Counted from the first letter of the stretch, positions 19,055 through 28,922 are shown. The stretch is DNA of 45,845 bases from a bacterium (GCA_043824255.1 JBDRTG010000038.1:1-45845); one strand, 5' to 3'. Numbers and translations: made by a program. Notes: generated by a model from the sequence alone, not told the origin.

Positions 19055-21412
19055 ATGAAAAAACTGGTTATAATTTCGGCAGCGTTATTGTTTCTCATCT
19101 TAATTCTTACCAACAGAGCTCCTGAGAGAGGGTTTATAGCTCCTGGTCCAGGAGTCAGTGTAAAACCTTCTTCGGCTAAACTGCTATATGATTTTGAAGA
19201 TGGTGAGGAAGGATGGGTGGCTGAATCCGGTGCTTGTCTAGCTTCAAGCAGTGATCACTCTACTCAGGGTAAAAGTTCTCTTAAGGTATCTGTTACCCTT
19301 CAGGACGAGATTAACTTAAAAAAGCTCTGTCATGCTAACTGGCTTGGGTGGGACAGGTTGGGTCTGGACATTTTACTACCTCGAAATGTTCCTGAAGGGA
19401 TACAGGCGCTTCTGTGCCTCAAAGATGACGAAAATTTCTGGTATCAGAATATCCGTCCTTTCAGGCTTAAAAAAGGCTGGAATAATCTTTATGTGGATAT
19501 CTCCAACCAGAGCCATCAATGGAGTTCCATGGAACATTTTAAGCCATGGAGCGGTTATGTTGCCCAGGAAGTTAAAGAGCTGCGTATGAAACTTCTAGGA
19601 AAAACTCCTTACTCTGGTTCGATATACATTGACAATATTCACCTGACAAAACTGAAAGATACAGATGAGGAGCTTCCAAAGACCCGTCTACATAATCTTA
19701 GAGTTAATTCCTCTCTGGTAAAACAGTATGAAAAATTTGAAATCAGCTTCGACTTATCGAGAGTATATGCTAATCCTTTTGATCCTGAATTAATAGACAT
19801 AACTGCCTATTTCATCTCCCCCAGCGGGATAATTTCCTCTATTCCAGGCTTTTTCTACCAACCCTATTCCCGCAAATTAGTAGAAGGGAAAGAATATGTT
19901 TATCCCGTAGGGAATGGTTTCTGGATGGTGAGATTCAGTCCTGTTGAGGTTGGCGGGTACAGTTATTATTTAGTAATCAAAGATGGCGCTACCCTGAAAA
20001 CAAAAAAATATCATTTTAAATCCGTCCGCTCTGAAAGCAAAGGATTTGTCAGGGTGAGTTCAAAAGATAAACAATATTTTGAGTTTGACGATGGCAGTTT
20101 TTACTATCCCATAGGTTTAAATATCATTTCTCCCTGGGATACTCCTTACGGACAGAATTATGTTCCCAGTTTGCCGGTAGGCAAGGACACTTATGCCTAT
20201 GATGAGTATTTTACTAAATTATCTCAAAACAAAGCCAATTTTATTCGCATGTGGATGGCCCACTGGTGGCTGGCTCTGGAGTGGAATAAGAAATATGGGC
20301 CCTTCCATGGACTTGGCAGATACAGTCTCCAGAATGCCTGGCGAATGGACCATATTCTGGAAATGGCGGAAGAGAAAAACATATATATACTCCTAACCAT
20401 TAATAACCATACTCAGCTAACCCATCACGAAAAAGGCTGGGAGCGTAATCCCTATAACACTGCCAGTGGTGGGTTTATCGCCAGCCCTCAGGAGTACTTT
20501 ACTAACTTAAAGTCAGTGGACTTATTTAAAAATAAAATGCGTTACATTGTTGCACGCTGGGGATATTCTCCATACATCTTTGCCTGGAATTTCTGGAGTG
20601 AAATAGATCTCACTATTGGGTATAAAAATAACCCCAAACATCAAAAACGAGTCCGCGAGTGGCATAAGAAAATGGCTCGATTTGTACGGCAACTAGATCC
20701 ATGGGCTCATATAATTTCAACTCATTATTGTCAACACTCAAAGGCAGTGCATCTTTTTGATCTTCCAGAGATTGATTTTACCCACAGTAATGCATGGACT
20801 GATAATGACGGGTTGCCAGATTCACAGGTAATGGCAATCAGGCAGTACTACCAGGCTATGAAGAGGTTTAACAAACCCATATTTATTTCCGAGTTCGGCG
20901 GCCATTGGGCAGGCAGTCCTCCTGACATAATGGCTCGGGATCTGCATACAGGGCTCTGGGCTAATTATATGTGCCCTCTAGCTGCTAGTCCTCTCTTCTG
21001 GTGGTGGAATTTTGTAGAGGAGGAGAATCTTTATTTCCATTATAAGGCCCTAGCCGAGTTTTGCGCCGGAGAGGACCGCAGAAATAAGAATTTACAGATG
21101 AAAGAAATTTCTCTGGTTGATGAAAGCGGATACTTGAGAGCACAATGTCTGGGCAATAAAGATACTGCGTATATCTGGATATATAGTTTCTTAAGCGCGT
21201 TAAGAATTCCTCATGAGGAAAGAATAATGAAGAATGCCACTATCATTTTAGAAGACATGCTTGAGGATATCTACGTTATAGAATTCTGGGATACTTATAA
21301 AGGAATTATCACAGACATGAAAGAAATTGCTACAGTTGAGGGCAAATTAACCGTAAAACTTCCAGATATTAGCAAAGATATGGCTTTAAAGATTAAGCTG
21401 AAAGCAAAATAA
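19055..21412 (+). CDS. Secreted or membrane-anchored CBM-like + DUF5060 + GH5-like glycoside hydrolase
   Basis: N-terminal hydrophobic segment; NPFDP..IDI.A.F.SPSG, W.VRFSP; ARWGYSP.IFAWNFWSE; FISEFGG; WWW. Confidence 0.75.
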   Translation: MKKLVIISAALLFLILILTNRAPERGFIAPGPGVSVKPSSAKLLYDFEDGEEGWVAESGACLASSSDHSTQGKSSLKVSVTLQDEINLKKLCHANWLGWDRLGLDILLPRNVPEGIQALLCLKDDENFWYQNIRPFRLKKGWNNLYVDISNQSHQWSSMEHFKPWSGYVAQEVKELRMKLLGKTPYSGSIYIDNIHLTKLKDTDEELPKTRLHNLRVNSSLVKQYEKFEISFDLSRVYANPFDPELIDITAYFISPSGIISSIPGFFYQPYSRKLVEGKEYVYPVGNGFWMVRFSPVEVGGYSYYLVIKDGATLKTKKYHFKSVRSESKGFVRVSSKDKQYFEFDDGSFYYPIGLNIISPWDTPYGQNYVPSLPVGKDTYAYDEYFTKLSQNKANFIRMWMAHWWLALEWNKKYGPFHGLGRYSLQNAWRMDHILEMAEEKNIYILLTINNHTQLTHHEKGWERNPYNTASGGFIASPQEYFTNLKSVDLFKNKMRYIVARWGYSPYIFAWNFWSEIDLTIGYKNNPKHQKRVREWHKKMARFVRQLDPWAHIISTHYCQHSKAVHLFDLPEIDFTHSNAWTDNDGLPDSQVMAIRQYYQAMKRFNKPIFISEFGGHWAGSPPDIMARDLHTGLWANYMCPLAASPLFWWWNFVEEENLYFHYKALAEFCAGEDRRNKNLQMKEISLVDESGYLRAQCLGNKDTAYIWIYSFLSALRIPHEERIMKNATIILEDMLEDIYVIEFWDTYKGIITDMKEIATVEGKLTVKLPDISKDMALKIKLKAK

Positions 21413-23644
21413 ATGTTCAAACTCAAGGCTTGCACAGAATGGATTAAAGTTTACCTGGCATTTTTGTTGGGCATTTTTTCTCTGACTTTGAACGTTTATG
21501 CATCAGAGAGTGAATGGTGGAATACGGACTGGAAATACCGGGGTAAGTTGGTGGTATTAACTCCTAAGCTCAAGACTGATATAGATATTGCTTCTTTCGT
21601 TTTTTCCCCAGCAGGGGGAAGAGCAAATAAGAATCTGTCCAATATACGGATAATTGATGAGCAGGGAAGGCAGACTCCTTATAAAGTCAGCTCCAGTGAG
21701 GAAGAAAATCTGATTATAGACTTCAAGGTGGATAACGTCTCCAAGTGTGAATACTATATATATTTTGGGAATCCGAAAGCAGAAAAAATTGAGTATATGT
21801 GGAGACCAAACGCTGGCGGTTTGTTCCTTGAAACCAGAGAGAAAGCACATAGTTCTCATCCCCGGAATTGGCCCCAAATGCAGACATTAATCCAGCAAAG
21901 CAGTAAGATTTACGGCAAGGGACCTCGCTGCCAAATCGATGACCTGGAGAACCCTTTTGGTTCCAATGAAAATTATCTCAGTATCTATCGGGGGACTATT
22001 TTCTGTCCGCTGGATGGCAAATATGGATTTGCCACCAACTCTGATGATGCCTCATTTTTGTTAGTTGATGGCAAGTTAACAGCAAGCTGGCCTGGCGGGC
22101 ATGAAAAGGAAGGCAGAGGACGACCCTTGATAGATAAATGGACTCACCAGGGAGAAATCTATTTAGAGAAAGGAGTACATCTTATCCAGTATTATCAAGA
22201 AGAGGGTACCGGCACACAACTATCCCGGGCTGGATGGAAGAAACCCGGAGACAAAGACTTTATGATTATTCCAAAGGAAGCCTTTATTGACAAATTAAAA
22301 GCCAGACAGGCTAGTCTTCAAACCTATGGTAAACCTCTAAATGCTTTCTTCTTTACAGAGGAAAAAGAAAGCATGTGTTTTAATAGACAAACTCATGAGT
22401 TGATATCTTTTCAATTTCAGGATGCTTCTATAAGCAAGGATAGCGGAACCCTTTCCTGTCAATGGGACTTTGGGGATGGAAGTACCAGTAGAGAGAGGAA
22501 TCCTCTGCATATTTACCCGGCTGACAGTATCTATAAAATAAAATTACAGGTTAAAAATGCTAAAGGGCTGATGGATATCTATGAGAAATATATTCAAGTA
22601 CATCCCCGGAGTCAGCCGAAAAACATCCAGTTGGAATGGAGAGTTACTAACAACCTGAATATATTCTACCCACAGGAACCACTTCAGTTAGGGGTTTGGA
22701 TAAAAAACTATTCTGATACTGGCGCTAAACTTGAGCTCATCTGGGAATCTCTGGATAATAAGGGAGATAAGGGCAAACAAGGCTCTAGGGAATTCGTTCT
22801 GGAACCGAATCAGGGAGAAAAGGTGGATATTCCTTTAAACCGATATCCCATAGAGCAGAGTATGGATTTTTATCTGAGTTACGGCGGTAATATAATAACA
22901 AAAAGGAAAATAGAATTTTTAGACGTGGGTTCTGAGTTTAAAGGTCTAAGAACCGTGGAGGATCACATAGAGGATTCAGAAAATAGCTTAGTGCTCTTTC
23001 GCATCAGCCAGATAGAAGCTCCTGCTTATCATCCTCATAGTACTCAAAATAAAGCAAATATTGTTATACTGGGAGCTCTCTTTTGCAATAAAGACGATGA
23101 TGATAATTATTGGAAAATGCTTTCAGGATTACTGCAGAATTATTATGGAAATAAAGTTAATGTAAACCTCAACTTTATAGAAATTCCTGTGGATACACCT
23201 GCAGGTTCAGGTCTTTTGACAATATGCCGGTTAGAAGAAGTTATTAAACAGAACCCTGACCTGGTCATATTTTCTCTTGGAATGAATGAGGTTATTAATC
23301 ATCTTTCTCTGGGGGAATTCAAGTGCTGTTTAACTTTTCTTACCACAGCTATTAAATCTCGTGGGATACGCACTGTACTGGTGATTCCTCCACCGGTTAT
23401 CGGTAAAGTGGCTTCCTCTATGGATGTAGCCATAGCTGTAAAAAAGGTGGGATTAAGGCAGGCGGTCGATGTGGTTGACCTTTTCAGCGCTTTTCCCAGG
23501 GAAGAGACTGCTCTTTCTCATCTCTATCAATCTGATTCCCGTGAAAAAGTTTACCTTTTATATCCTCACAGAGCAGGGCAGAGTTTAATAGCTAAACAAA
23601 TCTTTGAAACAGTGAAGAAAAATGTCCCTAAACCAGAAAAATAA
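21413..23644 (+). CDS. Secreted multidomain protein: DUF2341-like, PA14, PKD, degenerate SGNH-like domain
   Basis: Signal peptide; WWN.DW.YR and YYIYFGNP; FATNSDDAS.L.VDG (PA14); WDFGDG...NP.H.Y (PKD); PDLVIFSLGMNE (SGNH block III). Confidence 0.65.
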   Translation: MFKLKACTEWIKVYLAFLLGIFSLTLNVYASESEWWNTDWKYRGKLVVLTPKLKTDIDIASFVFSPAGGRANKNLSNIRIIDEQGRQTPYKVSSSEEENLIIDFKVDNVSKCEYYIYFGNPKAEKIEYMWRPNAGGLFLETREKAHSSHPRNWPQMQTLIQQSSKIYGKGPRCQIDDLENPFGSNENYLSIYRGTIFCPLDGKYGFATNSDDASFLLVDGKLTASWPGGHEKEGRGRPLIDKWTHQGEIYLEKGVHLIQYYQEEGTGTQLSRAGWKKPGDKDFMIIPKEAFIDKLKARQASLQTYGKPLNAFFFTEEKESMCFNRQTHELISFQFQDASISKDSGTLSCQWDFGDGSTSRERNPLHIYPADSIYKIKLQVKNAKGLMDIYEKYIQVHPRSQPKNIQLEWRVTNNLNIFYPQEPLQLGVWIKNYSDTGAKLELIWESLDNKGDKGKQGSREFVLEPNQGEKVDIPLNRYPIEQSMDFYLSYGGNIITKRKIEFLDVGSEFKGLRTVEDHIEDSENSLVLFRISQIEAPAYHPHSTQNKANIVILGALFCNKDDDDNYWKMLSGLLQNYYGNKVNVNLNFIEIPVDTPAGSGLLTICRLEEVIKQNPDLVIFSLGMNEVINHLSLGEFKCCLTFLTTAIKSRGIRTVLVIPPPVIGKVASSMDVAIAVKKVGLRQAVDVVDLFSAFPREETALSHLYQSDSREKVYLLYPHRAGQSLIAKQIFETVKKNVPKPEK

Positions 23645-25052
23645 GCATCTAGTCACGCACGAGCTTTTTCATAAGCATCCGGAAGAGAGTGCCTATCACA
23701 CTCTGACCGGAAGGCAGTGGATTGCCCTCATCAGTTTATCGGTCTTACTGCTGGTATTCCTCCTGGTATCACCTTCCAGATGCCTTATTCTGGCGAATTT
23801 TCTGGCAGTAACTTTCTATATTCTCTTCTCTCTCTATAAATTTTTTCTTATTAATCTGTCTATAATGAGAAAAAAAGAGACAAAGGTTTCTGCAAGAGAA
23901 ATAAAAACATTACCTGATGAAGAATTGCCTGTCTATACTATTCTGGTTCCTTTATACAAGGAAACTGAACTGTTAAGACAGATAACTGCCTCTATTAATA
24001 AACTTGACTATCCCAAGGATAAACTGGATGTCAAGTTGCTCCTGGAGGATGATGACAGAGAAACCATAGAATTTGCCCGGAAGCTGAGCTTGGACAGTCA
24101 TTTCAAGAAAGTGATTGTTCCCCACTCTATTCCCAAGACCAAACCTAAAGCTTGTAATCTGGGGCTTTCCGAGGCTCAGGGAGAATTTCTGGTAATTTAC
24201 GATGCTGAAGACGTGCCCGAATCTGACCAGTTAAAGAAGGCCGTACTGGCATTCAGGAAGTCACCTGATGAGGTTATCTGCCTGCAGGCTAAGCTAAATT
24301 TTTATAACCAGCGGCAGAACTGGCTTACCAGATGGTTCACTACTGAATACTCCATGTGGTTTGATCTCTATTTGCCGGGCCTGGGAGATTTCGATGCCCC
24401 TATTCCCCTGGGTGGTACCTCCAATCACTTCAAGACAGACAAGCTCAAAGAACTGTGTGGCTGGGATCCATATAATGTAGCGGAAGATTGTGACCTGGGA
24501 ATCAGACTTCATAAGCGGGGATATCGTACCCAGATGTTAGATTCCACTACCTGGGAAGAAGCCTGCAGCAACCTGAAATACTGGATTCGTCAGAGATCCC
24601 GCTGGGTAAAGGGATATATTCAAACATATTTAGTAAATAATCGTCATCCCGTTGCTCTTCTTAAAAAATTGGGTATAAAAAATTACCTCAATTTTCATAT
24701 GATTATTGGAGGGATGTTTTTCTGCTTTTTAATGAATCCATTTTATTGGCTGCTGACTTTACTGTGGTTCCTCACACGCTGGCAGGTTTTATCCGTTTTC
24801 TTTCCGCCTGCAGTATTTCTTCTTGGAGCATTATGTCTTTTTATGGGTAATTTCGTCTTTATCTATACATGTGCCATAGGAGCCTATAAAAGAGGTTATT
24901 ATGATTTGGTGAAATATGCACTGGTAATTCCGCCTTATTGGGCATTAATAAGTATAGGAGCGTGGAAAGGCTTCATACAGCTGATAACCAGGCCGTTCTA
25001 CTGGGAAAAGACCCGGCATGGTTTTTTTCAGGAAAATAAGAGGGGAAATTGA
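23622..25052 (+). CDS. Processive GT2 glycosyltransferase (cellulose-synthase-like fold)
   Basis: LVPLYKE, PKTKPKACN.GL, YDAED, GGTSNHF, AEDCDLG, RQRSRW (QxxRW); flanking TM helices; WEKT.HG. Confidence 0.88.
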   Translation: MSLNQKNKHLVTHELFHKHPEESAYHTLTGRQWIALISLSVLLLVFLLVSPSRCLILANFLAVTFYILFSLYKFFLINLSIMRKKETKVSAREIKTLPDEELPVYTILVPLYKETELLRQITASINKLDYPKDKLDVKLLLEDDDRETIEFARKLSLDSHFKKVIVPHSIPKTKPKACNLGLSEAQGEFLVIYDAEDVPESDQLKKAVLAFRKSPDEVICLQAKLNFYNQRQNWLTRWFTTEYSMWFDLYLPGLGDFDAPIPLGGTSNHFKTDKLKELCGWDPYNVAEDCDLGIRLHKRGYRTQMLDSTTWEEACSNLKYWIRQRSRWVKGYIQTYLVNNRHPVALLKKLGIKNYLNFHMIIGGMFFCFLMNPFYWLLTLLWFLTRWQVLSVFFPPAVFLLGALCLFMGNFVFIYTCAIGAYKRGYYDLVKYALVIPPYWALISIGAWKGFIQLITRPFYWEKTRHGFFQENKRGN

Positions 25053-26353
25053 GAATCTCTAAAACTAAATTTATGGAAAATCAGGTTATATTCCTGGCTG
25101 TTTTTACTTTCAATTTAATTATTGCTTATTTCCTGGTCTTTAAATTCGGATATATTGCAGAGGAGGCAATTATCCGCACTGGACAGGCTCTTGACCTGAT
25201 CAATGGCTACAATAGAGGCAGACAGAGTCTGATATGTTCAGTATGGTGGTTGCCTCTGCCCACTTTTATTCAGCTGCCTCTGACTTTTTGCAGGTTTCAT
25301 CTCCATAACCTCTTCCTGAATAATATAATATCCAGTTTTTTCGCTGCTGGCAGTATAGTCTTTTTAAATATGCTGTTCAAACACTGCGGCTTAGACAGGC
25401 TCTACCGCTACCTGCTTCTGGCTGTTTTTCAGCTTACTCCTTTAATTCTCTTCTGCTCTGCTAACGGTACCAGCCAGATGATATTTGTGCTATTTCTAGT
25501 AGCCTCACTCTATTATTTGCTGGGCTGGTTAAAAGAAAATGGTTTGAGAGATTTTCTGCTTATGACGTTGAATATTTCCATGCTCTGTTTGATCAGGCTG
25601 GAAGGGTTTTTTTATGCTCTAGCTATCCTGGTTATTGTTATCGTAGTGTCATTCCACCAGAAATATCAGCGTTCCCGGAAAGAGGGTCTCCTGCTTCTCT
25701 ATCTTGCCCCAATTGGCTATCTAATCTCGCTCTGGTTTCTTTTTAACTGGCTGATAATGGGGGACTTGCTCTATTTTTTGAGAGGAATATTTTCTGGAGG
25801 AGGACAGTTAGCAAATCCATTGCGCAACTTAGTTATTATTTTAGCTTTCGTTTTTATCCTATTGGCCAAGTTCCTTGAACTACAGGAAAAGAATAATCAT
25901 TCCCATACTTTAAAGAAGTATATTTTTCTTATTCTCCTGATTGCCAGCTTGTCTTCAGGTCGAGCTCTCCATCTAATTAAAAAAGAGGTGAACTGGGCGG
26001 GTAGGCATGAGCAAGAAATAGCAGAAATTGGAGCATATCTGGCTAAATATAAAGCAGACAGCCAGGTTTTAGTTACTGATTTTCAGGGTTATTTATTTAA
26101 ATATTATGGCAGTGGGACCTATTCTCTTACTCATTGCTTTGACTTTGACTTAGAAAAAATTCCTCCGGGTGATGACCCAGTTTATCTACTGGTTTCCCGT
26201 CCTGAAGACAAAGCCGGTTTTGGAAGTATCCACTGGAAATATCCTAACATTTATAATGAGGGTACCAGGTTTACTATGCTGGACCAGAACTTTGCTACTT
26301 GGTGCCTTTTTAGAGTGATTCGCGTTGATGGCAAGCTCATGGATGAAAGATAA
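25049..26353 (+). CDS. Polytopic membrane protein, GT-C/PMT-like
   Basis: About 10 TM segments; VWWLPLP loop, RLEG, W..FNW.I.GD; translationally coupled to the GT2. Confidence 0.55.
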   Translation: MRISKTKFMENQVIFLAVFTFNLIIAYFLVFKFGYIAEEAIIRTGQALDLINGYNRGRQSLICSVWWLPLPTFIQLPLTFCRFHLHNLFLNNIISSFFAAGSIVFLNMLFKHCGLDRLYRYLLLAVFQLTPLILFCSANGTSQMIFVLFLVASLYYLLGWLKENGLRDFLLMTLNISMLCLIRLEGFFYALAILVIVIVVSFHQKYQRSRKEGLLLLYLAPIGYLISLWFLFNWLIMGDLLYFLRGIFSGGGQLANPLRNLVIILAFVFILLAKFLELQEKNNHSHTLKKYIFLILLIASLSSGRALHLIKKEVNWAGRHEQEIAEIGAYLAKYKADSQVLVTDFQGYLFKYYGSGTYSLTHCFDFDLEKIPPGDDPVYLLVSRPEDKAGFGSIHWKYPNIYNEGTRFTMLDQNFATWCLFRVIRVDGKLMDER

Positions 26354-26400
26354 ACAATAGCTGGAATTCTTATCCTTAAATATGATAAATTAGGATTGAA

Positions 26401-27036
26401 ATGAAAAGAAGAAATCCATTCAAACCAGTGGCATTAAAGTATGGTTTCACGCTTTTGGAGCTTTTGGTTGTTATAGGCATAATTGCCGTACTTGCCAGCA
26501 TACTTCTGCCTGTAGTACAGAGAGCCAGGGAAGAAGGGCGCAAGGCGGCGTGTATACAAACCATGAGACAGATTTATCTGGCCATATCAATGTATAAGGA
26601 CGACTACGATAATCACCTGCCTCCATGGCTTTCTAACTTATATCCAAGTTATATCGGCACTAACAAAAAAATTTATCTTTGTCTCAGCGATACTTCGAAA
26701 GGAACAGAGGGTGGAAAACCTGATTGGCACCAGGATCAATACTCAGAGACGGATGATACCAGTTTAAATACTACCGCTCCAGGTCGTAACCCTCAGATTA
26801 CTGCCTGCAGTTATCTCTATGAGTTCTGTGGTGCCGACTGTTCATGGAATCCAGGCTATACCTGGGAAGAAACAAAGAAGGAACAGATGGAAAGTTATAT
26901 GGGGACCAAGATTCCTATTGTGCGGTGTTTTTGGCATACTAGATCCCCCTTAACAGATGATGATATCGTTTTGAATATGAGCTATGATGGAAACTTAACT
27001 ATAAGCGGCCCTGAATGGGAAACCACTACTCATTAG
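26401..27036 (+). CDS. Prepilin-type N-terminal cleavage/methylation protein (DUF1559-like)
   Basis: G|FTLLELLVVIGIIAVLASILLP...ARE..R...C....RQI..A..MY..DY. Confidence 0.88.
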   Translation: MKRRNPFKPVALKYGFTLLELLVVIGIIAVLASILLPVVQRAREEGRKAACIQTMRQIYLAISMYKDDYDNHLPPWLSNLYPSYIGTNKKIYLCLSDTSKGTEGGKPDWHQDQYSETDDTSLNTTAPGRNPQITACSYLYEFCGADCSWNPGYTWEETKKEQMESYMGTKIPIVRCFWHTRSPLTDDDIVLNMSYDGNLTISGPEWETTTH

Positions 27037-28774
27037 AGGAAGAGTAAGGGGTGATTTTTGCGGCAATATCTCTGTTGAAAGAAGGTATAGCGATAAGCAA
27101 TCTACTATCATCACATTTTATCTCTTCTTTTTTCAGAATTATTCCCTGATAGGTATCCCACCAGTATATCAGATAGTTGCCAGCTCTCAGGCCAACTATC
27201 TCTCCGTTAAGCGCATTCATTCTTTTATCACTTTTATTCTGGATCCACAATAATAAATTGGTGTTATCTTTGTTAACTAGAGCATAAGCTCTTACAGGGA
27301 CAGCCCCGGTGGAATCCCCGGCCTGATAACACTTAATTTGCCTGAACTGGTAGTTTCCCTTTGTCCATTTCACATCTTTAACAAATTCTGCCAAGGCCTT
27401 AAAGTGATAATAAAGATTATTCTGCTCAATATGGCCGTCCCACCACCAGCTCATAGCCGTCCCGGCAGCTAAAGAAAAAACAGCGCTCCAGATACCGTCG
27501 TGCAGATAGTAGCCTTTAGGATCGCAACGTGAGTCCTGGTTGCTGTGAGTTATGGCAAATTCACTTACTAAATGAGGTTTAGCATACAACGTGTTCATTC
27601 TGTATCCCAATTCCTGGATCGTGAGAACAATGTCTTTACTCTCGTAGATCCGGCTCTGAGTAAAGTTAATGCCCGGTGACTGGAATACCTTAGTATCCCC
27701 CGGATTCTGGAAATAACTGGTAGTTACAAGATGTTTGTAGGGGTCTAACCTGGAGAGATATTGTATTATCTCCTTATGCCAGTCCAGGACATTCTCAGGG
27801 GAGTAATTATCAGTGAAATCAACCTCATTCCACAATTCCCAGGCCAGCACATTGGGACTGTAACCCCAGCGGGCAATGATACAACGCAGTTTTTGCTTGT
27901 AATACTTTTTTGCCTGTGGGTTGGTAAAAAACTCCTCTGGTTTAGCGCAGGGGCCGCCATTAGCTTTATTATAGGGATTAGAAGACCATTTCCCGTAGGT
28001 TGAGGTGCTATTCAAAGTATTAAAAGTGTCTATACACAGCATGATGTATATACCTTTGCTCTCTGCCAGATTGAGTACGTAGTCCAGCCGCCAGGCATCA
28101 GCCAGGTTATAGCTGGCGAGTTTCTCCCATTCCAGAGCAAAAGCCCAGGGAGAGAGCCAGATCCTGGTATAATTTTCGCCGGCTTCTTTCATTCTGGAAA
28201 AGTAGTAATCATAATCGTAGGTACCCTTATTAGAAGAATACCAGCACAGATTATGTCCCACTGCAAAGTAAGGACTTCCAGAGTCGAACTCAAAATAACG
28301 ACGATCCTCTGGACTAACCCTGATGAAGCCACGGGTGTCTGAGGAAGTTACCTGGAGTTTCCTGCGTCTGGAATGGTAAATATTAAGCTTATTCTTGAGG
28401 TGGAGCTGATAGTAATAAATTCCTTTCTGAGTGGGAGTAAAGCGTATCTTCCAGCACGGCTGTCCCTTAGGAACAAGGGAGACGTTCCCGTTCTTCAGAA
28501 GACTCCGCTGATAATCCTGATAGAAAAAACCGGGTATATGTATTTTCCCCTTCTTCGGTGAATAGAAAGTAGCGGTTACTTCAATATCCTCAGGGTTGAA
28601 AGGATCGCCAGTGAACTGCTCCAGGTCAAAGGTAAGTTCAAATTGCTGGTAAGTCCTGATTACTCTCTTAATCTCAGTCCTGAAATTTATTTTTTCCTCG
28701 CCTGCACAACCGGTCAAAATTAACCCGAGCATGATAAAACACAGGCATGTTTTTAGAATGACTTTTCTCTCCAT
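27026..28774 (-). CDS. Lipoprotein DUF5060 + GH5-like glycoside hydrolase (ORF track starts at 28825; ATG 28774 preferred)
   Basis: Lipobox LTGC; DPFNP, W.IRFTP, ARWGYSP..LAWELWNE, LVSEFA, WWWD; paralog of 19055-21412. Confidence 0.75.
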   Translation of the reverse strand: MERKVILKTCLCFIMLGLILTGCAGEEKINFRTEIKRVIRTYQQFELTFDLEQFTGDPFNPEDIEVTATFYSPKKGKIHIPGFFYQDYQRSLLKNGNVSLVPKGQPCWKIRFTPTQKGIYYYQLHLKNKLNIYHSRRRKLQVTSSDTRGFIRVSPEDRRYFEFDSGSPYFAVGHNLCWYSSNKGTYDYDYYFSRMKEAGENYTRIWLSPWAFALEWEKLASYNLADAWRLDYVLNLAESKGIYIMLCIDTFNTLNSTSTYGKWSSNPYNKANGGPCAKPEEFFTNPQAKKYYKQKLRCIIARWGYSPNVLAWELWNEVDFTDNYSPENVLDWHKEIIQYLSRLDPYKHLVTTSYFQNPGDTKVFQSPGINFTQSRIYESKDIVLTIQELGYRMNTLYAKPHLVSEFAITHSNQDSRCDPKGYYLHDGIWSAVFSLAAGTAMSWWWDGHIEQNNLYYHFKALAEFVKDVKWTKGNYQFRQIKCYQAGDSTGAVPVRAYALVNKDNTNLLLWIQNKSDKRMNALNGEIVGLRAGNYLIYWWDTYQGIILKKEEIKCDDSRLLIAIPSFNRDIAAKITPYSSSNE

Positions 28775-28780
28775 GACATT

Positions 28781-28809
28781 ATCATACTCAGATTTTGGGA
28801 TATCTTCAA
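28781..28809 (-). promoter_or_regulatory. Sigma70 promoter predicting a leaderless mRNA
   Basis: Minus strand TTGAAG-17 nt-TATGAT-6 nt-ATG(28774). Confidence 0.5.
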
Positions 28810-28843
28810 GCATATCTTGATACAAGTCTCGATGGTTTCCTTA

Positions 28844-28860
28844 TGTTTCTCGTAATTTCC
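28844..28860 (+). repeat. 17-bp direct repeat, right copy
   Basis: TGTTTCTCGTAATTTCC, identical to 18931-18947. Confidence 0.85.
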
Positions 28861-28876
28861 ACTCTTCTAAACAGCA

Positions 28877-28905
28877 GTGGGTCATGATGTACCTGTTTAT
28901 TTCCA
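28877..28905 (+). repeat. 29-nt dispersed repeat, copy 2
   Basis: 26/29 identical to 110-138. Confidence 0.8.
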
Positions 28906-28922
28906 AAAACTAGTAAAAATCC

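Noticed and set aside
26401..27036. Type IV pilus or T2SS locus
   Set aside because: A single pilin-like gene with no ATPase, secretin or platform genes; such genes are commonly dispersed in PVC-like genomes
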